From: Halocafeteria seosinensis
Taxonomy: Eukaryota
DNA: 64,000 nt
Reading direction: 5' to 3'
Assembly (NCBI GenBank): GCA_001687465.1
Contig: LVLI01000314.1
Location: 62,001 to 126,000 of the forward strand
Under the pieces are notes generated by a model. That model saw only the letters and a list, made by a program, of their open reading frames with translations. It was not told the origin of the DNA and searched no databases. Positions within the stretch are counted from its first letter, which is position 1. Every line of letters starts with the position of its first letter. The translations under genes and the position numbers were made by a program. Positions 1-11,999 of the stretch are shown one piece after another.

Positions 1-50
1 GATTGCTCTTCTAAACCCTTATCCACCAATTTACCAGCTTTCTTCTGCAG

Positions 51-1156
51 AGGCTATGACATGTGCCATCGCGCATCAACAGAGCTATGATACAGCTGTG
101 TCAATATTGGCCGAGTCTGCAAGAATGAAGATTTCGGCAGAGGATCCTAATGACGTTAGCAGTGGAAGAAAGCGTTACTACACACTGATGGCACGGCTAC
201 GGGCCATCGCTTGGGCGCTTAGAGATTCGCGACAATTAATCCATGACCCAGGAACCGGTTTTAAAGTGGGAGTAGTGATGTTAAATGGCGCTTACGAAAT
301 CCAAAAGCAAAGAGACTTACACGGAGATGTTGAACGACTCAATGAACTGATGGCTGCCAGTGTTGCCGAAGCACTATATTTCATACGCCATGTTAGCGAC
401 AGTTTGCGGCAGTTGGCCGGCCTGAAGAACCCTTTCATAAGCATGGACCAATGGCCGCCCGAGAGAACACTCCATTTCCAACTAGAAGGCATAGAAGAAG
501 CACTCATGCCGCAGGTGGCGTTGGACGCGTCGAATGCTCCTGCGGACTTACCACCCTATACACATCCTCCAGTAGTTGTCCGCACAAGAGAGCAACACAG
601 CCTACCCGACGCCGTAGTGCGCATAATGAGCAACCGACGGGTTAATTTTGATCGCTGGAACCGTCTCGAGGATCCACTAACCAATGCTCCCATGCTGCTC
701 ACAGATGAAGAGATATCGCTGTTTACTCAGATCTCAGTGTCAAACGAACAGGGGAGAAGAGCGCATGCTGAAGCTCTGGCTCTCAAAGCTCTTGTCAACG
801 AAGAGAGTGTCCTCCTATATCCACTCTGGCACGAGGCTAAAGATAGAGCGTACGATTGGCTCCCTACCAGGGTGGCATCTCTATCTTGGTTCTGTCCGGT
901 CTATATTCAGTTGATCACTGCACAAGCGCAGCTTCAGCGGGAAGCCCGAAACATTCTCTTTACTTTGGAAGCAGCGGCTTACGCGTGCATAGGGGAGGGG
1001 AGAAAAACGATCTTCGAAGAGTTAATCAGTGTCATCAGTCAGCTCAAGCAACAAGGTGTTATGTCGGACTCCAGGGCAGCAGAAAAAACCCAATTCTGGG
1101 AGTCCATCTACTCACAAGAGCTTACGTTCTCCCAACAGATCCAAGAGCGCTTCTAG
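51..1156 (+). CDS. Last exon of an uncharacterised helical protein (5' part lies outside the window)
   Basis: Pyrimidine-rich acceptor (ctttcttctgcag) ends at 50 and is followed by a 366-codon open frame ending in TAG at 1156. No motif recognised. Confidence 0.6.
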
Positions 1157-1160
1157 ACAA

Positions 1161-4121
1161 CTATCTTGAAGACAGCTTGCCTTTCTTCGAAGCTGATCGA
1201 GCAGCACTTGCTTTAGATCCACTGTTGAACCGGCCGGCGGTCTCCAGAGAGCCTTGAAGCTTCTGATCCGGGTCATAGAATAGGGTGGGCTCCAAGCCAG
1301 CATGCTTCCCTACATCGTTGAGTCGACGTAGTCCCTCTGAGTACACAGCCCACCCTGCGTCCGGCGCACTGTGCAGCTTGACTTTCTTCTGACGTGAAGG
1401 AAACTTGGTACTATCCTCTCCCTCTAAGTGTCCTGTCCTTTTAAAGTTGCGTTTGTTAGATCTATGTAATACATCGACCCCGTGAAGACCTAGTGTCTTC
1501 CCCGGATGGGAACCAACAAAGGAGTTCGTTAACGTAATTGGAGCGCGAGTGCGCTCTTTCACAGGTCTCTTCTCTGAGCTTTCATCATTTTCCGCATCAG
1601 TAGGAGCCGGTACGGAAGTCAATGGAGCGGTTTTGCCTAAGTCTTGAGGGACAAACGACTGTGATACGGCTCTTCGCAGTTGTGCAGTGGAGAACATAAT
1701 GGAAGCAGTATTTGACGGATCACAATCGTTTTCAGTAGTATTTCGTTCCTCCCACAAGTCAAATTCATCTTCGCGTTCAATGTAGTGAATATTACGACGT
1801 AATTCCTCAAACCATTTGCTAAAAGCTGACCAACTCTCATGCTCAATGGCCTTCCAAACACGTACAAGACCACTCCTGCTTCCAGCGTAGAGCATCTGAC
1901 GTTTAGGATGCCATGAACACGAAGAAATACCATCTTTTCGCGAGGCAGTTTCGATTGACTCCAAAAGAGCGTTATCTGATTTGCGGTCTCCATACGAAAC
2001 GGCACTCTCGGAACTCAACGATACATGATCGCCGACGAGGATAGCAGACACGACGAATTCGTCCGCAACACTATCACCCTCACTGCTCCACACAGCTATG
2101 CAGTTGTCATTCTTGGTCCTCACCGCCACGGCGACACTTTCCCCATTTCCACTACAACATAAGGTGTTGGCTCGCAGTCCCCCAGTTCCAGCTCCGGAAC
2201 ACGAGGCGAAATTGTGCAAATTCGTATACCTCGCCGCAGTAGTTGGTGTGCAGTACATATTCAGACCTAAGGAACTACCGGATTCAATCAAAATCTGTTG
2301 ACCCTTCTTTCTCCCTAGAGCCTCAATGAGGGGATCCAATGGATTCCCCAAAACGCTGTTGACCCGAGTTGAACATCTAAGCTTCGAACCACTGGACTCT
2401 CTAGCAATTGTCACGCAGATAACGCATATTTTTGTATCTCCAGCTGACGAAAACAGTCGAAAGTCTGGTGTACACTCCTCACTAGCAAGTCCCTGCTCTT
2501 CTCGCTTGGATCGCGTAATCCGGCGAAAACACAAGGAAGCAGCGTTATTCACAATCTCTGAGCCAAGTGCTACTGCTAGTAAAGACACAGAAGCTACTTG
2601 AGAAAGAAGGGAATCATCATCTTGCACTTCAGTTGAGACTTCTGCGGGGTGCATATGGCGATTTCCCTTAAGCTTCATGAATGAATTTACCCAGTTGAGG
2701 TGAATGCAGCCTTTGGATGAACATAGGAACAAGGGGGTGGTGACCAGACAATCCCTATCTGCGGCTGAATAAATCAAACATGGCAACATTATAGGGAGAG
2801 CACCACGCTCAATGGATCTTCCTTACTTCGTGTTATAGAAGTGAACTGCGGAGGCCCCCAGACCATACTTGCCAAGGTTTCCATATTGCCAAGCGGAGCC
2901 ACACCTACACGCCTGTTCGCGTCTGAGCCATCGTTGGTCCCACAATCTGAAGTGCTTCTCCAGTGGATGGAAAGTTTCTTCACATCGTAACTGTGCCCAT
3001 CGTCCGAAAAATGCACTAAGTAAGGGGTATCTCCAAATGGCAGTACTGCTAAGATTTTGTCCGACAGGGGATGGAAATCCGCTGCGATAATGTTACAGGA
3101 TGTAAAGAGTTCGAGTTCAGCTTTCTTATGTCTTAGATCCCACACCCGGATACACCATTCGGACTGACACAAGGTGCAAAGCTTCGCACTATCCCCGCTC
3201 CAGCTGTAAAAAACTCAATAAGAGGAATGAAAACATGAGTTTGACAGAAATCACGAAAATCACTAACCTGACAGCCACAATAGGCCCAGTGTGCGCATCA
3301 ATATCTGCAACAAGGTTGTTGCTTGCAGCGTTCCAAATTTGCAGTGTGCCATCGCTTAGACCTAGCGCAAGTAGGTTCCCAAACTGTACAGAAACACTAG
3401 CGAATTACCTTAGGGTATTCAGAGGTCCCCATGAAAGCGGTGCACTTACTCCAGGGTCGAACTTCGAGACGAACGGTATTCGAGCCAGTTGATTCAGTGG
3501 CGGGAAACGGGGACTTACGCCCTCGACAGGGGACCCTCCGTGTTGTAGCTTGCCGGGAAGAAAGTATCCATTGATTTCCCAGGACGGCACAGGCACATTC
3601 GAAGAGGGTGTCGTTTTTCTCTTGGGATCGGCTGCAGTTGTGACAACAGGTGCCGCCTGTTCTCCTGATTCCACCATTTCCGTATCCTCATCTTCCGCTT
3701 CAGTGGTTGTAGCAGCCGTGTCGTTATTCGTGTGAGCGTCGGAAGCACTATCCTGTCCAGATGCTGGAGATCTCTGGGGGGTGTCGTCTTTTGTCAAGAT
3801 CTCGGCGGCGCCTGCAGTTGGTCCTTGCGTCTCCTTTGCAGGTGTAGTGGGCGTACCAGAGGAATCAGTTGTTGTAGTCACACTAGAATGCGTATTCTGA
3901 GGGGTCATGTCTTGATGAGTCCCTGTGGCAAAGGCGGTGGTGGCCATTTTCCCTTCCCCTTGGGTTGCAGCTTCCTCCGAAGACTGGTGCTGCGTATCAT
4001 CTGCGCTTTCACTGGCACTGTGAGAAACAGCTGACGGAGCATCAGTCATCGTATCTGAGACTACAGGCTCAGAAGGAGAGACGTGAATATCCTGGGTTTC
4101 AGCTCCCGAAGACGAGGACAT
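1161..4121 (-). CDS. RBBP5: RBBP5/Swd1 WD40 subunit of the COMPASS/SET1 H3K4 methyltransferase complex, with a long S/T/E-rich N-terminal extension
   Basis: Spliced WD40 blades (KFDPG|FGNLLALGLSDGTLQIWN; AHTGPIVAVSWSGDSAKL; IRVWDL; SCSWHPKRQMLYAGSRSGLVRVW). Family signature ESWSAFSKWFEELRRNIHYIEREDEFDL matches RBBP5 ENWSAFAPDFKELxENVEYxERExEFD. Introns at ~3384-3449, ~3204-3267 and ~2765-2826. Confidence 0.85.
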
Positions 4122-4419
4122 TTTGCTGCTTTCGGCGAAACACAGAAAGCAATGCACAACTATGCGGGTTTCTATCGATTATAAGCCAATCGATTCCAAT
4201 GATTTTTACTACCTCATAGAGGCTCATAGGCTTGCCTAGAAGAGGAAAATAAAGCAAACAAGAAAAAGTACAAGAAAAGATTGTCGTATTATGCAGTTGG
4301 TTGGAACCTAGCATGACACTGATATCTTAGTGTTTGTCGATTCATGGCGGACGGAGTGCGGCTAGTTGGTAGTATACTTTGGCACTCCAATTGAAAGCGT
4401 GGTCAGGGGTGGGAGAGAG

Positions 4420-5943
4420 ATGACGATGCAGCATTCCACCAAGAGCACGACAACGACTTCCTCAGGAGGCTTGCACCAGGACCATTCCCGTTGGAAGGCC
4501 TCATTTGTCGGTTCGCACCGCAATTCTTATACCGCCGACAGACACGCAACGCCGGTACTGTCTCCTGGTGCCAGCTCTAACGCTCCGCTCTTTCAGACCA
4601 TAGAAGACGATGACTACTGCTCTCACAAATCATCACATCACCTGGACGCGGCTCAACTCACCGCCTCTCCTAGTGCTGTATCCTCACAGTCAACGAACGC
4701 AGCCTCACAGAGTGGATGCAACCACGAACCGGACGGTAGTTATCATGGAGCGGTAGTTGCTACTGCTGCAGGAGGAAAGGCCCCAACGGCTGCTGCGGCT
4801 ATAACGTCACCAGAATCTTCAGGAGTTGCCGTCACCCGAAGAGGGGGAAGTCCTGCCAGCGGAAGATTCGTACAGAAGAGAGAAAGACACTACTCATACC
4901 TCCTACAGATACAGCAACTTGTCAACACATCGCTAAGCAAGGATGTCTCCGGGGTAGTTAAGCGAGCCATGCAGGCATCGGAAGAATGTGATCCGGAAGC
5001 CCTCTCAAACGAGCTAGCACAAAGCAACCGCGTTCTAAACAATGTGCTCGCAGCATCGATGGTAACAAAGACGGTAGCATACTACCGTGGTGGACGAATA
5101 GTGGGTCGAAACGTTCCTTCTTCGTTTCTCTTATCCATGTCCTCGTACTCTATTCGCCAACTCCATTCCATTTTTTCAGAGGAAGAAGAAAAACTCAACG
5201 AGCTCCTAAGACAATACAAAAGGTTCAATAAAGGCGTTGTTGATGTACTGGACAGACGAAAGCAGCATCTATTGCAGCTTCAGGAAGAGGTGCAAGCTCA
5301 AAAGCGCCAGTATGAAGCTCTCCGAACCGAGCAACAGCAACTCGAAAACTCCCAGGAATCCTCTACTTATCAACCTCCCTCTTCGGAAACCTCTTCCACG
5401 CAGAATGCTGAACTCAAATCTATTGCCAACAAAGCGGAAAAAGAGATATCAAACATTCGATTAAGAGTCGAAGACCGCATTGCCGAGTTACAGGAATCCT
5501 TGCCGTCAAAAATCCAGGCAGCCGAGGAGACTACCGAAAATGAAATCAGAAGTCAATTGGACCAAAGGTACCGCGAATCTGTCGATAAATTGGATAAAAT
5601 TGTAGACTCTCGCCAGGAAATGGAGAGGAAACTCCACAATGTGAAGAAAAAGATACACGGTATTGAAGAACTGCGCTGGTATAAGCGTACTGTTCGCAGA
5701 TTAATGGATGAGATGGGGGTGAACTCATATGAAAGATCCATATGGTATTCATGTGTTATAGCTGCTGTAAAATATGATCCTACCCTTCGTATACTTCTGG
5801 AGCGATGTAAGGCTTTTATGGAATCGTATCCGAGACACGAGGAATCGAAACCAGCTTCTCTCTATGCTCAACAAGCATTTCTGGATCTCCGCAATTTAAG
5901 GTCCGCATTATTGAATAGAAATTTAGCCGCCAAGTTTTCGTGA
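4420..5943 (+). CDS. Uncharacterised protein: low-complexity N-terminus, long coiled coil, short helical C-terminal domain
   Basis: Intronless ORF of about 507 aa from ATG 4420, with heptad-rich E/Q/K/L segments. Divergent from RBBP5 across ~300 bp. Confidence 0.75.
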   Translation: MTMQHSTKSTTTTSSGGLHQDHSRWKASFVGSHRNSYTADRHATPVLSPGASSNAPLFQTIEDDDYCSHKSSHHLDAAQLTASPSAVSSQSTNAASQSGCNHEPDGSYHGAVVATAAGGKAPTAAAAITSPESSGVAVTRRGGSPASGRFVQKRERHYSYLLQIQQLVNTSLSKDVSGVVKRAMQASEECDPEALSNELAQSNRVLNNVLAASMVTKTVAYYRGGRIVGRNVPSSFLLSMSSYSIRQLHSIFSEEEEKLNELLRQYKRFNKGVVDVLDRRKQHLLQLQEEVQAQKRQYEALRTEQQQLENSQESSTYQPPSSETSSTQNAELKSIANKAEKEISNIRLRVEDRIAELQESLPSKIQAAEETTENEIRSQLDQRYRESVDKLDKIVDSRQEMERKLHNVKKKIHGIEELRWYKRTVRRLMDEMGVNSYERSIWYSCVIAAVKYDPTLRILLERCKAFMESYPRHEESKPASLYAQQAFLDLRNLRSALLNRNLAAKFS

Positions 5944-6740
5944 TGTTTTTTCGGGAGAACTCTGTGTTTCCATTGTATGTGAGACCCAGGTTTTGTTCCT
6001 CAGCGTTGAATGCCTTCATTAAGATTTGCAGTAGTCGACGGAAATTTAGTTTGCTTCACCCGGTGATTCGGAAGTTAGTAGACGGGAACACCATGGGTGT
6101 TAAAGCTGAACCGGGCCGTCGTAAAGAACGAACCTGTCTACCAACACCTTTTTCGCATGTTTTAGGATGATTCCTCTCAGTCATTGTTATTCTCTTGGAG
6201 GGAACTGCTGGGCCATTGTAGTAAACCGTGTTAGTGGAGAAAGGTTTTTCCTCCTCTAAAAAGGGCGTTCAATGGAATGAACCAGAATGGTGGTACCCCT
6301 AACGTTTTCTAGACGTTTCGCTGTCTTGTTTGACTACTACTAACTTGACAAAGAAATCAGAACTGAAGAAAGTTTATTACAAATTACATTTTCAGGTGGT
6401 TCTTTTAAGCATATTCTTTAAATACGATATCCCAAGTATCTTATACTGTATCTATCTACCAAACATCGTCGTCGTAACGAAGTAGCCAGCCTCTGGCTGC
6501 CACCCAGAGACCGTGGTGCAGACTCTAGACTCTAGAGTCTAGCCTGCAGGATTCCGCAAAATGACGGCTGTACCAACAAGTTGAAACCGATTGAACTCGA
6601 GAGCAAATTACATGGGACGATAGTACGTTTATATATAATCTGAAGACCATGACACAAGTGCCGTCTTGCATCTGATCCTATAGTAAGGGCGAGACGAAGG
6701 TATTGCACACTGTGTGTGAGCGTATTATTGACCGCATGCA

Positions 6741-8634
6741 ATGATGAATGGTGATTCCAAGGAGGTATGTACCAGCATATAGTGCATGCACTTAGTCAAT
6801 AGGAGGTTAGCATGATAATGCGTGTGCTGATGAGTGGAATAGGCCCATAGTATCGACCGAATGGTGTCCTAACGGCTGTCTTCAATCTACCTATACCCTC
6901 CTTTTTTATTGTTTTACACAGGCCGACGAGGGCCATACTGGCGGTACACAGGGACAAGACACTGGTAATTCATCTGGAGATGCGACGAGTACCAGTGGCA
7001 TGGCTCGGATACTGTTTGATGCGTCCAAACGGGAGTCCCATCAGCCCACCGGGGGATTCAAAAAGTGGTATCGTAAGCTTCGAGCTCATGCACAAGTACA
7101 TATGTAAGTCGACAGAGTGCTCATTTTCGTTTCTTTAATTTAACTCGTTCCCTTGAGTCGGGCAAACAGAAATAAAGAGCCTATTGAGGCGGAAACACTG
7201 GAAAATATAGATATCGTCATTTTAGGTGGACCAAGAGAACAGTTTACAATGAAAGAGGTACGACAGTGATTCCTTATTTTTGCAACGTCATGAGGGTGAA
7301 TCGCATTAATGGCCTCTTTTGATTCTTTTCAGATTGACACATTAAAGGACTTTCTCAATAAAGGAGGCAGCCTGTTAGCCATGGTTGGAGGTGGAGGTGA
7401 AAAACGTTCTGGGACGAACATTAACTTTCTATTGGAGCAGTACGGCATCAGCGTCAATAATGACAATGTCATGCGGAGCGTCTATTACAAGTACCTCCAT
7501 CCGCAAGAAGCATTTATAACAAATGGACTTGTTAATCAGGATTTCAAACGGATCTGCTCCACAGGCAGCAGTCAGAAGACTCATAGTGGCCTAGCCAATA
7601 GAAGAACAGGCGAAACAAATGAGGCTTCCGAAGTGGCAATCGCCTTCGTGTATCCCCGTGGAGCAACTCTCAGTGTACAGTCACCAGCATTTACTTTGGC
7701 AACCTCGGGACAAATTTCTTATCCAGTGAATCGACCTATTATGGCACTATCAGGAGAAAGCGAAGATAAACGGAAGAAGAAAACTGCTTCAAATGAAGGG
7801 ACAAAAGGAAGGGTTGCTGCTCTAGGGAGTTGTGACATTGTCGCGGATGAATGGCTATTGAAGGAACACAATTACCAGTTGTTGGACGTCATACTGAAAT
7901 GGCTAAGCCGCGATAGCAATACCAAGATTTCTTCAACTGGAACCAAGGAAACTGACATCAGTGAACACAATTTACTACCTGATACAGCATCTCTAGCGGA
8001 AAGGCTACGACCCTGTCTCCAGGAAAGTGAAGAGCTACCGCAGAACTTTGCTAAGTTGTTTGACAATTCAGTTTTTGAGTTTAGCCCTAAATTTGTTCCG
8101 GAAGCTATCAAACTATACGAACAATTAGGCGTAACGCACGAGCCATTGAAGCTCATCACTCCTCAATTTGAGACGCCCCTGCCTCCTATGCAGCCTGCAG
8201 TATTCCCGCCAACATTAAGAGAACCTCCAGGCCCTGCGCTAGATCAGTTCGACCTGGATGAGCACTTCGCTAGTGAACGACTACGTTTGGCGCAGTTAAC
8301 GAATAAGTGCACAGATGAAGATGTTGACTTCTACGTCAAAGAGGCAGCGGAAATTCTTGGGGTGGTGCATCAGCTACCGACGGATAAGAGGGATTCCAAA
8401 CACATATTGGAGCATGTTTTCCGAGCTGTCGTCCACTACAAGAAACTAAATCAGGATGAAGACCAATCGGACGATGAACAGGATCACACAACAGAGGGGA
8501 AGAGTCCTCACAAGTCTCCCGCTAAAATATCAGATATGTTTTCCAGCGACCTTGCGCAGCCTTCAGCAGGTCCCGCCGGGATGGGACCAGGTGTAGCTGC
8601 TGGATTCTCTAGCAAGAGTACCTCACATACATGA
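6741..8634 (+). CDS. IFT52: Intraflagellar transport protein 52
   Basis: Exons: MMNGDSKE|gtatgt (6741-6764); 6922-7102 (ILFDASKRE...GFKKWYRKLR); 7170-7257 (ILGGPREQFT); 7333-8634. Conserved TNINFLLEQYGI, YYKYLHPQE, FVYPRGATLSV, LITPQFETPLPPMQPAVFPP, FDLDEHFASERLRLAQLTNKC. The first exon is less certain. Confidence 0.95.
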
Positions 8635-8700
8635 AGTAATATAACTCACGAGAGATATCAGGTGTATTCTTCTTAAGTATCACTACATATCGAACTTAGT

Positions 8701-9823
8701 CTACTTCTGGTCAAACATTTTCTTGTCAACTCCTGCTCTTTCAGCAATTCGGTTAGCAATCTTGTCTTCGTCCTCTTGAGTTAACTCGCTCTGGATATCA
8801 GCGCTGCTGCGCAAGTTAGACTCAAAGTTTAGATTACGCCATTCGAGCCATTCTTTCTCTAACAACCCATCGAAGCTGCAGTGAAGTAGAACCCCCTCCA
8901 ATAAACAACTCATACCATATGCTTGCTCTCCTCCTCGTCAACTTACCGTTGGAATGCTCGCGTAACAGTGTAGTAGTCATGGAGTTGGTGTTCCTTGCCT
9001 TCTTCCTTCAGTTTTTCTAGTTCTTGCACGCGAGTCTTGGCATATTCTGAAATGCCTTCCCAGCCTTTTTCCTGCATGTACGGATCAGCCGAGTGTCGAC
9101 GATCCACATATATTAAAATCCACGTGGTGTGCACCAGACTTACACTTTCGCCATGTTTCTGAGCATCCGCAGCTTCATCGTACTTTATGTCAGGGATATT
9201 CGACATATACTGTTCGAACTGTTGCCTAAGCTGATCAACGTCAATATGAGACAACTGCTCTTTATAATAATCCCAGTTAATTCTTGGTGGGCTTCCAACA
9301 CTCCTTGCAGTACTCTGTCGTCATACCATCCCTTCCTTACACATATACAGCTTCTTTAATCAAGCCACGTAGCTAGTAGCTTACCAATCGTTGGTTGAAC
9401 GAGTCCTTGAGTCTGTCTATATTTGTTCGAGACTCCTCAGTTACCATCTTGCTCTTGATATAGTCCCTGTGCACAGGCATACGGTAAAGAATTCGGCAAA
9501 ATTGTGTCATATTGGAAAGGGAAGCCTTAACAGGCGCCTGTAGCCTCCTCTAAACGCTTCCACAAGGGAAATAGCGACGTACCAATCCACATGAGCCGAT
9601 TCAGAGGCATTCGAGGAAGCACAACGCACCGTCATCGTTGATCTGCATTGGTAGAAAAGCACACACAAAGGATATATCCAGGTCAATAGAGAGATAGCAC
9701 CTTAAGAAAACTCCAAAAAGAACGAGGATACCACATGAGGGGAGCCCTGGGGGAGCAAAAAACGTACGTGATGCTTCGGTTGCTTCCCAGGAAGACTCGC
9801 CGCATCATCATTGTTGAGTTCAT
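8701..9823 (-). CDS. ATP5PD: Mitochondrial ATP synthase peripheral-stalk subunit d (ATP5PD/ATP7-like), six exons
   Basis: Manual splice gives (MNST)MMMRRVFLGSNRSIT-STMTVRCASS...HVDW-DYIKSKMVTEESRTNIDRLKDSFNQRL-STARSVGSPPRINWDYYKEQLSHIDVDQLRQQFEQY...ISEYAKTRVQELEKLKEE...TVTRAFQR-FDGLLEKE. The VDW...PPxIxWxYYK pattern is typical of subunit d. All introns are GT-AG. Confidence 0.7.
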
Positions 9824-9938
9824 TTTGCTGCTTCGCTCCTGATATATACTATTCACTCCACCACAAGAACTTCGGCCTATCTCCTGTACCTCCTACTGGA
9901 AATCAATAGAGTTGTTTCTCCAACGATTCTCGCTCAAG

Positions 9939-9996
9939 GCTCGGCCCGCCGCCGGTCCCGGCCAGGATCCGGGCGGATGGCCCGGCCGGGCTGAGC
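9939..9996. promoter_or_regulatory. GC-rich, CGG/CCG-dense imperfect inverted repeat in the ATP5PD/PCYT2 bidirectional promoter
   Basis: Nested inverted arms gctcggcccg...cgggctgagc, gccggtcc...ggcccggc and cccgg-ccaggat-ccggg lie in the ~245 bp between two divergent starts. Confidence 0.4.
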
Positions 9997-10069
9997 TACT
10001 CTGGCGCCAGGAATGCATTCAATGCAGTGAAGTGGTTTTAGGATGTAATGTCCACATATGCCGGTTATT

Positions 10070-11530
10070 TTAAAAGGTATAAGCAAGAAATGGATGGGAA
10101 TTTTAAGTGCACCACGGCGGCAGCGCTAGGAGGCGCTGCCGTCGGTGCTGGCACCATGTATGCCTATCTATCCCGACGATACGGACGTCAGCTACGGGAA
10201 CTTCATCGTGAAATGGATGAAGAAGCAGCTCTGCATTCAACAGAGTGGAATTCACAGCAAAAGCGTCAGCGAAATGAATCCAAACCAGTACGGATCTACA
10301 TTGATGGATGCTTTGACATGATGCACTATGGGCACAGGTAAGTGGGACAACTCATCTTCGTGGAAGAACCTGTTCGTTCGTCAACGGAGTTTTGTTCATT
10401 GCGGATGCAGTAATGCTCTAAGACAAGCGCGCTCTGTAGGTGATGTCTTGGTCGTAGGAGTACATTCCGACGAAGAAATAATCAGAGCCAAGGGTGCACC
10501 TCCCGTCATTCCAGAAGACGAACGGTACTTGACTGTGGAAGCCTGCAAATTTGTGGACGAAATCATTAAGGATGCTCCGTATGTTCCATCTGTGGAATGG
10601 ATTGATAAGCTCGTCAACGAGCATCAAATTGATTATATCGTTCATGGAGATGATCCGTGCTACACTGTCGACGGCCGTGATGCGTATGCGTACGCGAAGG
10701 AGAAGGGGATCTTCAAAATCATAAAACGCACAGAGGGTGTGTCCACAACGGATATTGTTGGTCGCATGTTATTGATGACACGGGATCATCATTTGCGAAC
10801 AGGATCAGAGACGTGTGTTCCCACACGTCCTCCCTCTTCGGCGAACCAAGGCTCCGAGAGCAGCATACAAGAGACTGTAAAGTCGTTGGAGCACGAACAG
10901 GCTAAGTGTTCGAGGTTCTTACCCACTGCACGAAGGATAAGACAGTTCTCCAACGGAAGAGCACCATCGAAAGATGATACGGTCGTGTATATTTGTGGCT
11001 CTTGGGATCTATTCAATTCGGGGCATATCAAGGCTTTAGAGAAAGCCCGAAAGTATGGAACGTTTTTGATCGCGGGTATCTACAGCGATGAAGTATCCAA
11101 TAAATTACGTGGGAGTGGCCACCCTATTTTAAACTTGCATGAAAGAACCCTAAGCGTTCTTTCTTGTCAATATGTGGACGAAGTTATCATGGACGCTCCC
11201 TGGCGAATCGAGCGAGATATGCTTCAGTCCATGAACATTTCCGTCGTGGCGCGAGGCACTGTATGTGACTATCGTGCCTTGAGCCAATCACCAGATAAAG
11301 GTCATACGGAGAGCCCCAAAGACATCAACAGCCTTATAGAGGACTCCTATTCTGTCCCAAGAGAGTTGGGTATTCTTCGAGAATTCAAGAGTCCGTCCTC
11401 TCTAACTGTAGCTGACATAGTTTCCCGAGTACTACAACACCGAGAGACGTACGAGAAGCGCTGTGCCAAGAAGAGCTCTCAAGAAGCCAATTATTACGGC
11501 ACAGAGAAGCAGTTTGTTGCAGAGCAGTAG
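10070..11530 (+). CDS. PCYT2: Ethanolamine-phosphate cytidylyltransferase (two cytidylyltransferase domains, N-terminal hydrophobic anchor)
   Basis: VRIYIDGCFDMMHYGH|SNALRQAR..LVVGVHSDEEI, HGDDPC and KRTEGVSTTDIVGRMLL. Second domain VVYICGSWDLFNSGH...PILNLHERTLSVLSCQYVDEVI. Intron 10338-10410. Start taken as the in-frame ATG at 10070-10090 region; the ORF track opens at 10048. Confidence 0.93.
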
Positions 11531-11624
11531 TAAAGTTTAATACAGAAACAACTGAAATCAAATCCACTCCTCTTTGCAAACTTCTCAACCGTTGCACGTG
11601 TTACACAGCCCTGTCCGCTGATGG

Positions 11625-11999
11625 TCACTCTTCCCTGCTCTCCTCGTCATCCGTCTCGCCTGGTGGCTTCGGCAATGGCTTCAGAGAGAATGACTTATGG
11701 GAGTCATGCAGACGATTCATCATGCGTTCATGCTCCTTTTCTAACTCATACGAGCGCTCTGATTGGCTCTTGATTCGTTTGTCTTGCTTCTCGTACTTGG
11801 TTTCCACAAACTGCGTGCCACGTTAGTCATGCCGTCCGTGTCTCTGACGCACAGTACTTTCCCTTCGCTTCAATGCAACAAGGTTCATTCAGGGCGCTCC
11901 ACGTACCTTTGTCAGCAGTTGAAAGCCACCGACGGTGAATAAAATGAATGGGAGTCCCAGCTTCCACGATGTAAAAAGCTGCCGGGATTTCCCCGTCAT
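11625..11999 (-). CDS. COX16: Cytochrome c oxidase assembly protein COX16
   Basis: Two exons (11907-11999 and 11625-11810; intron 11811-11906, gtacgt..gcag). Protein: MTGKSRQLFTSWKLGLPFILFTVGGFQLLTK|FVETKYEKQDKRIKSQSERSYELEKEHERMM...KPLPKP. Shows the GLPF..xVGG TM helix, (R/K)YE, LExE and C-terminal PxP pattern of COX16. Confidence 0.75.

Noticed and set aside
3384..3408. Apparent 25-nt micro-intron in RBBP5
   Set aside because: It is out of phase. The gtaagt donor at 3449 gives a normal 66-nt intron and restores the WD40 motif.
6525..6550. 18-bp perfect palindrome ctagactctagagtctag followed by cctgcagg, resembling a pUC polylinker
   Set aside because: It differs from the vector sequence (tctagagtcgacctgcagg) and has no flanking vector DNA. 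It is probably chance or a promoter palindrome, with no further support.
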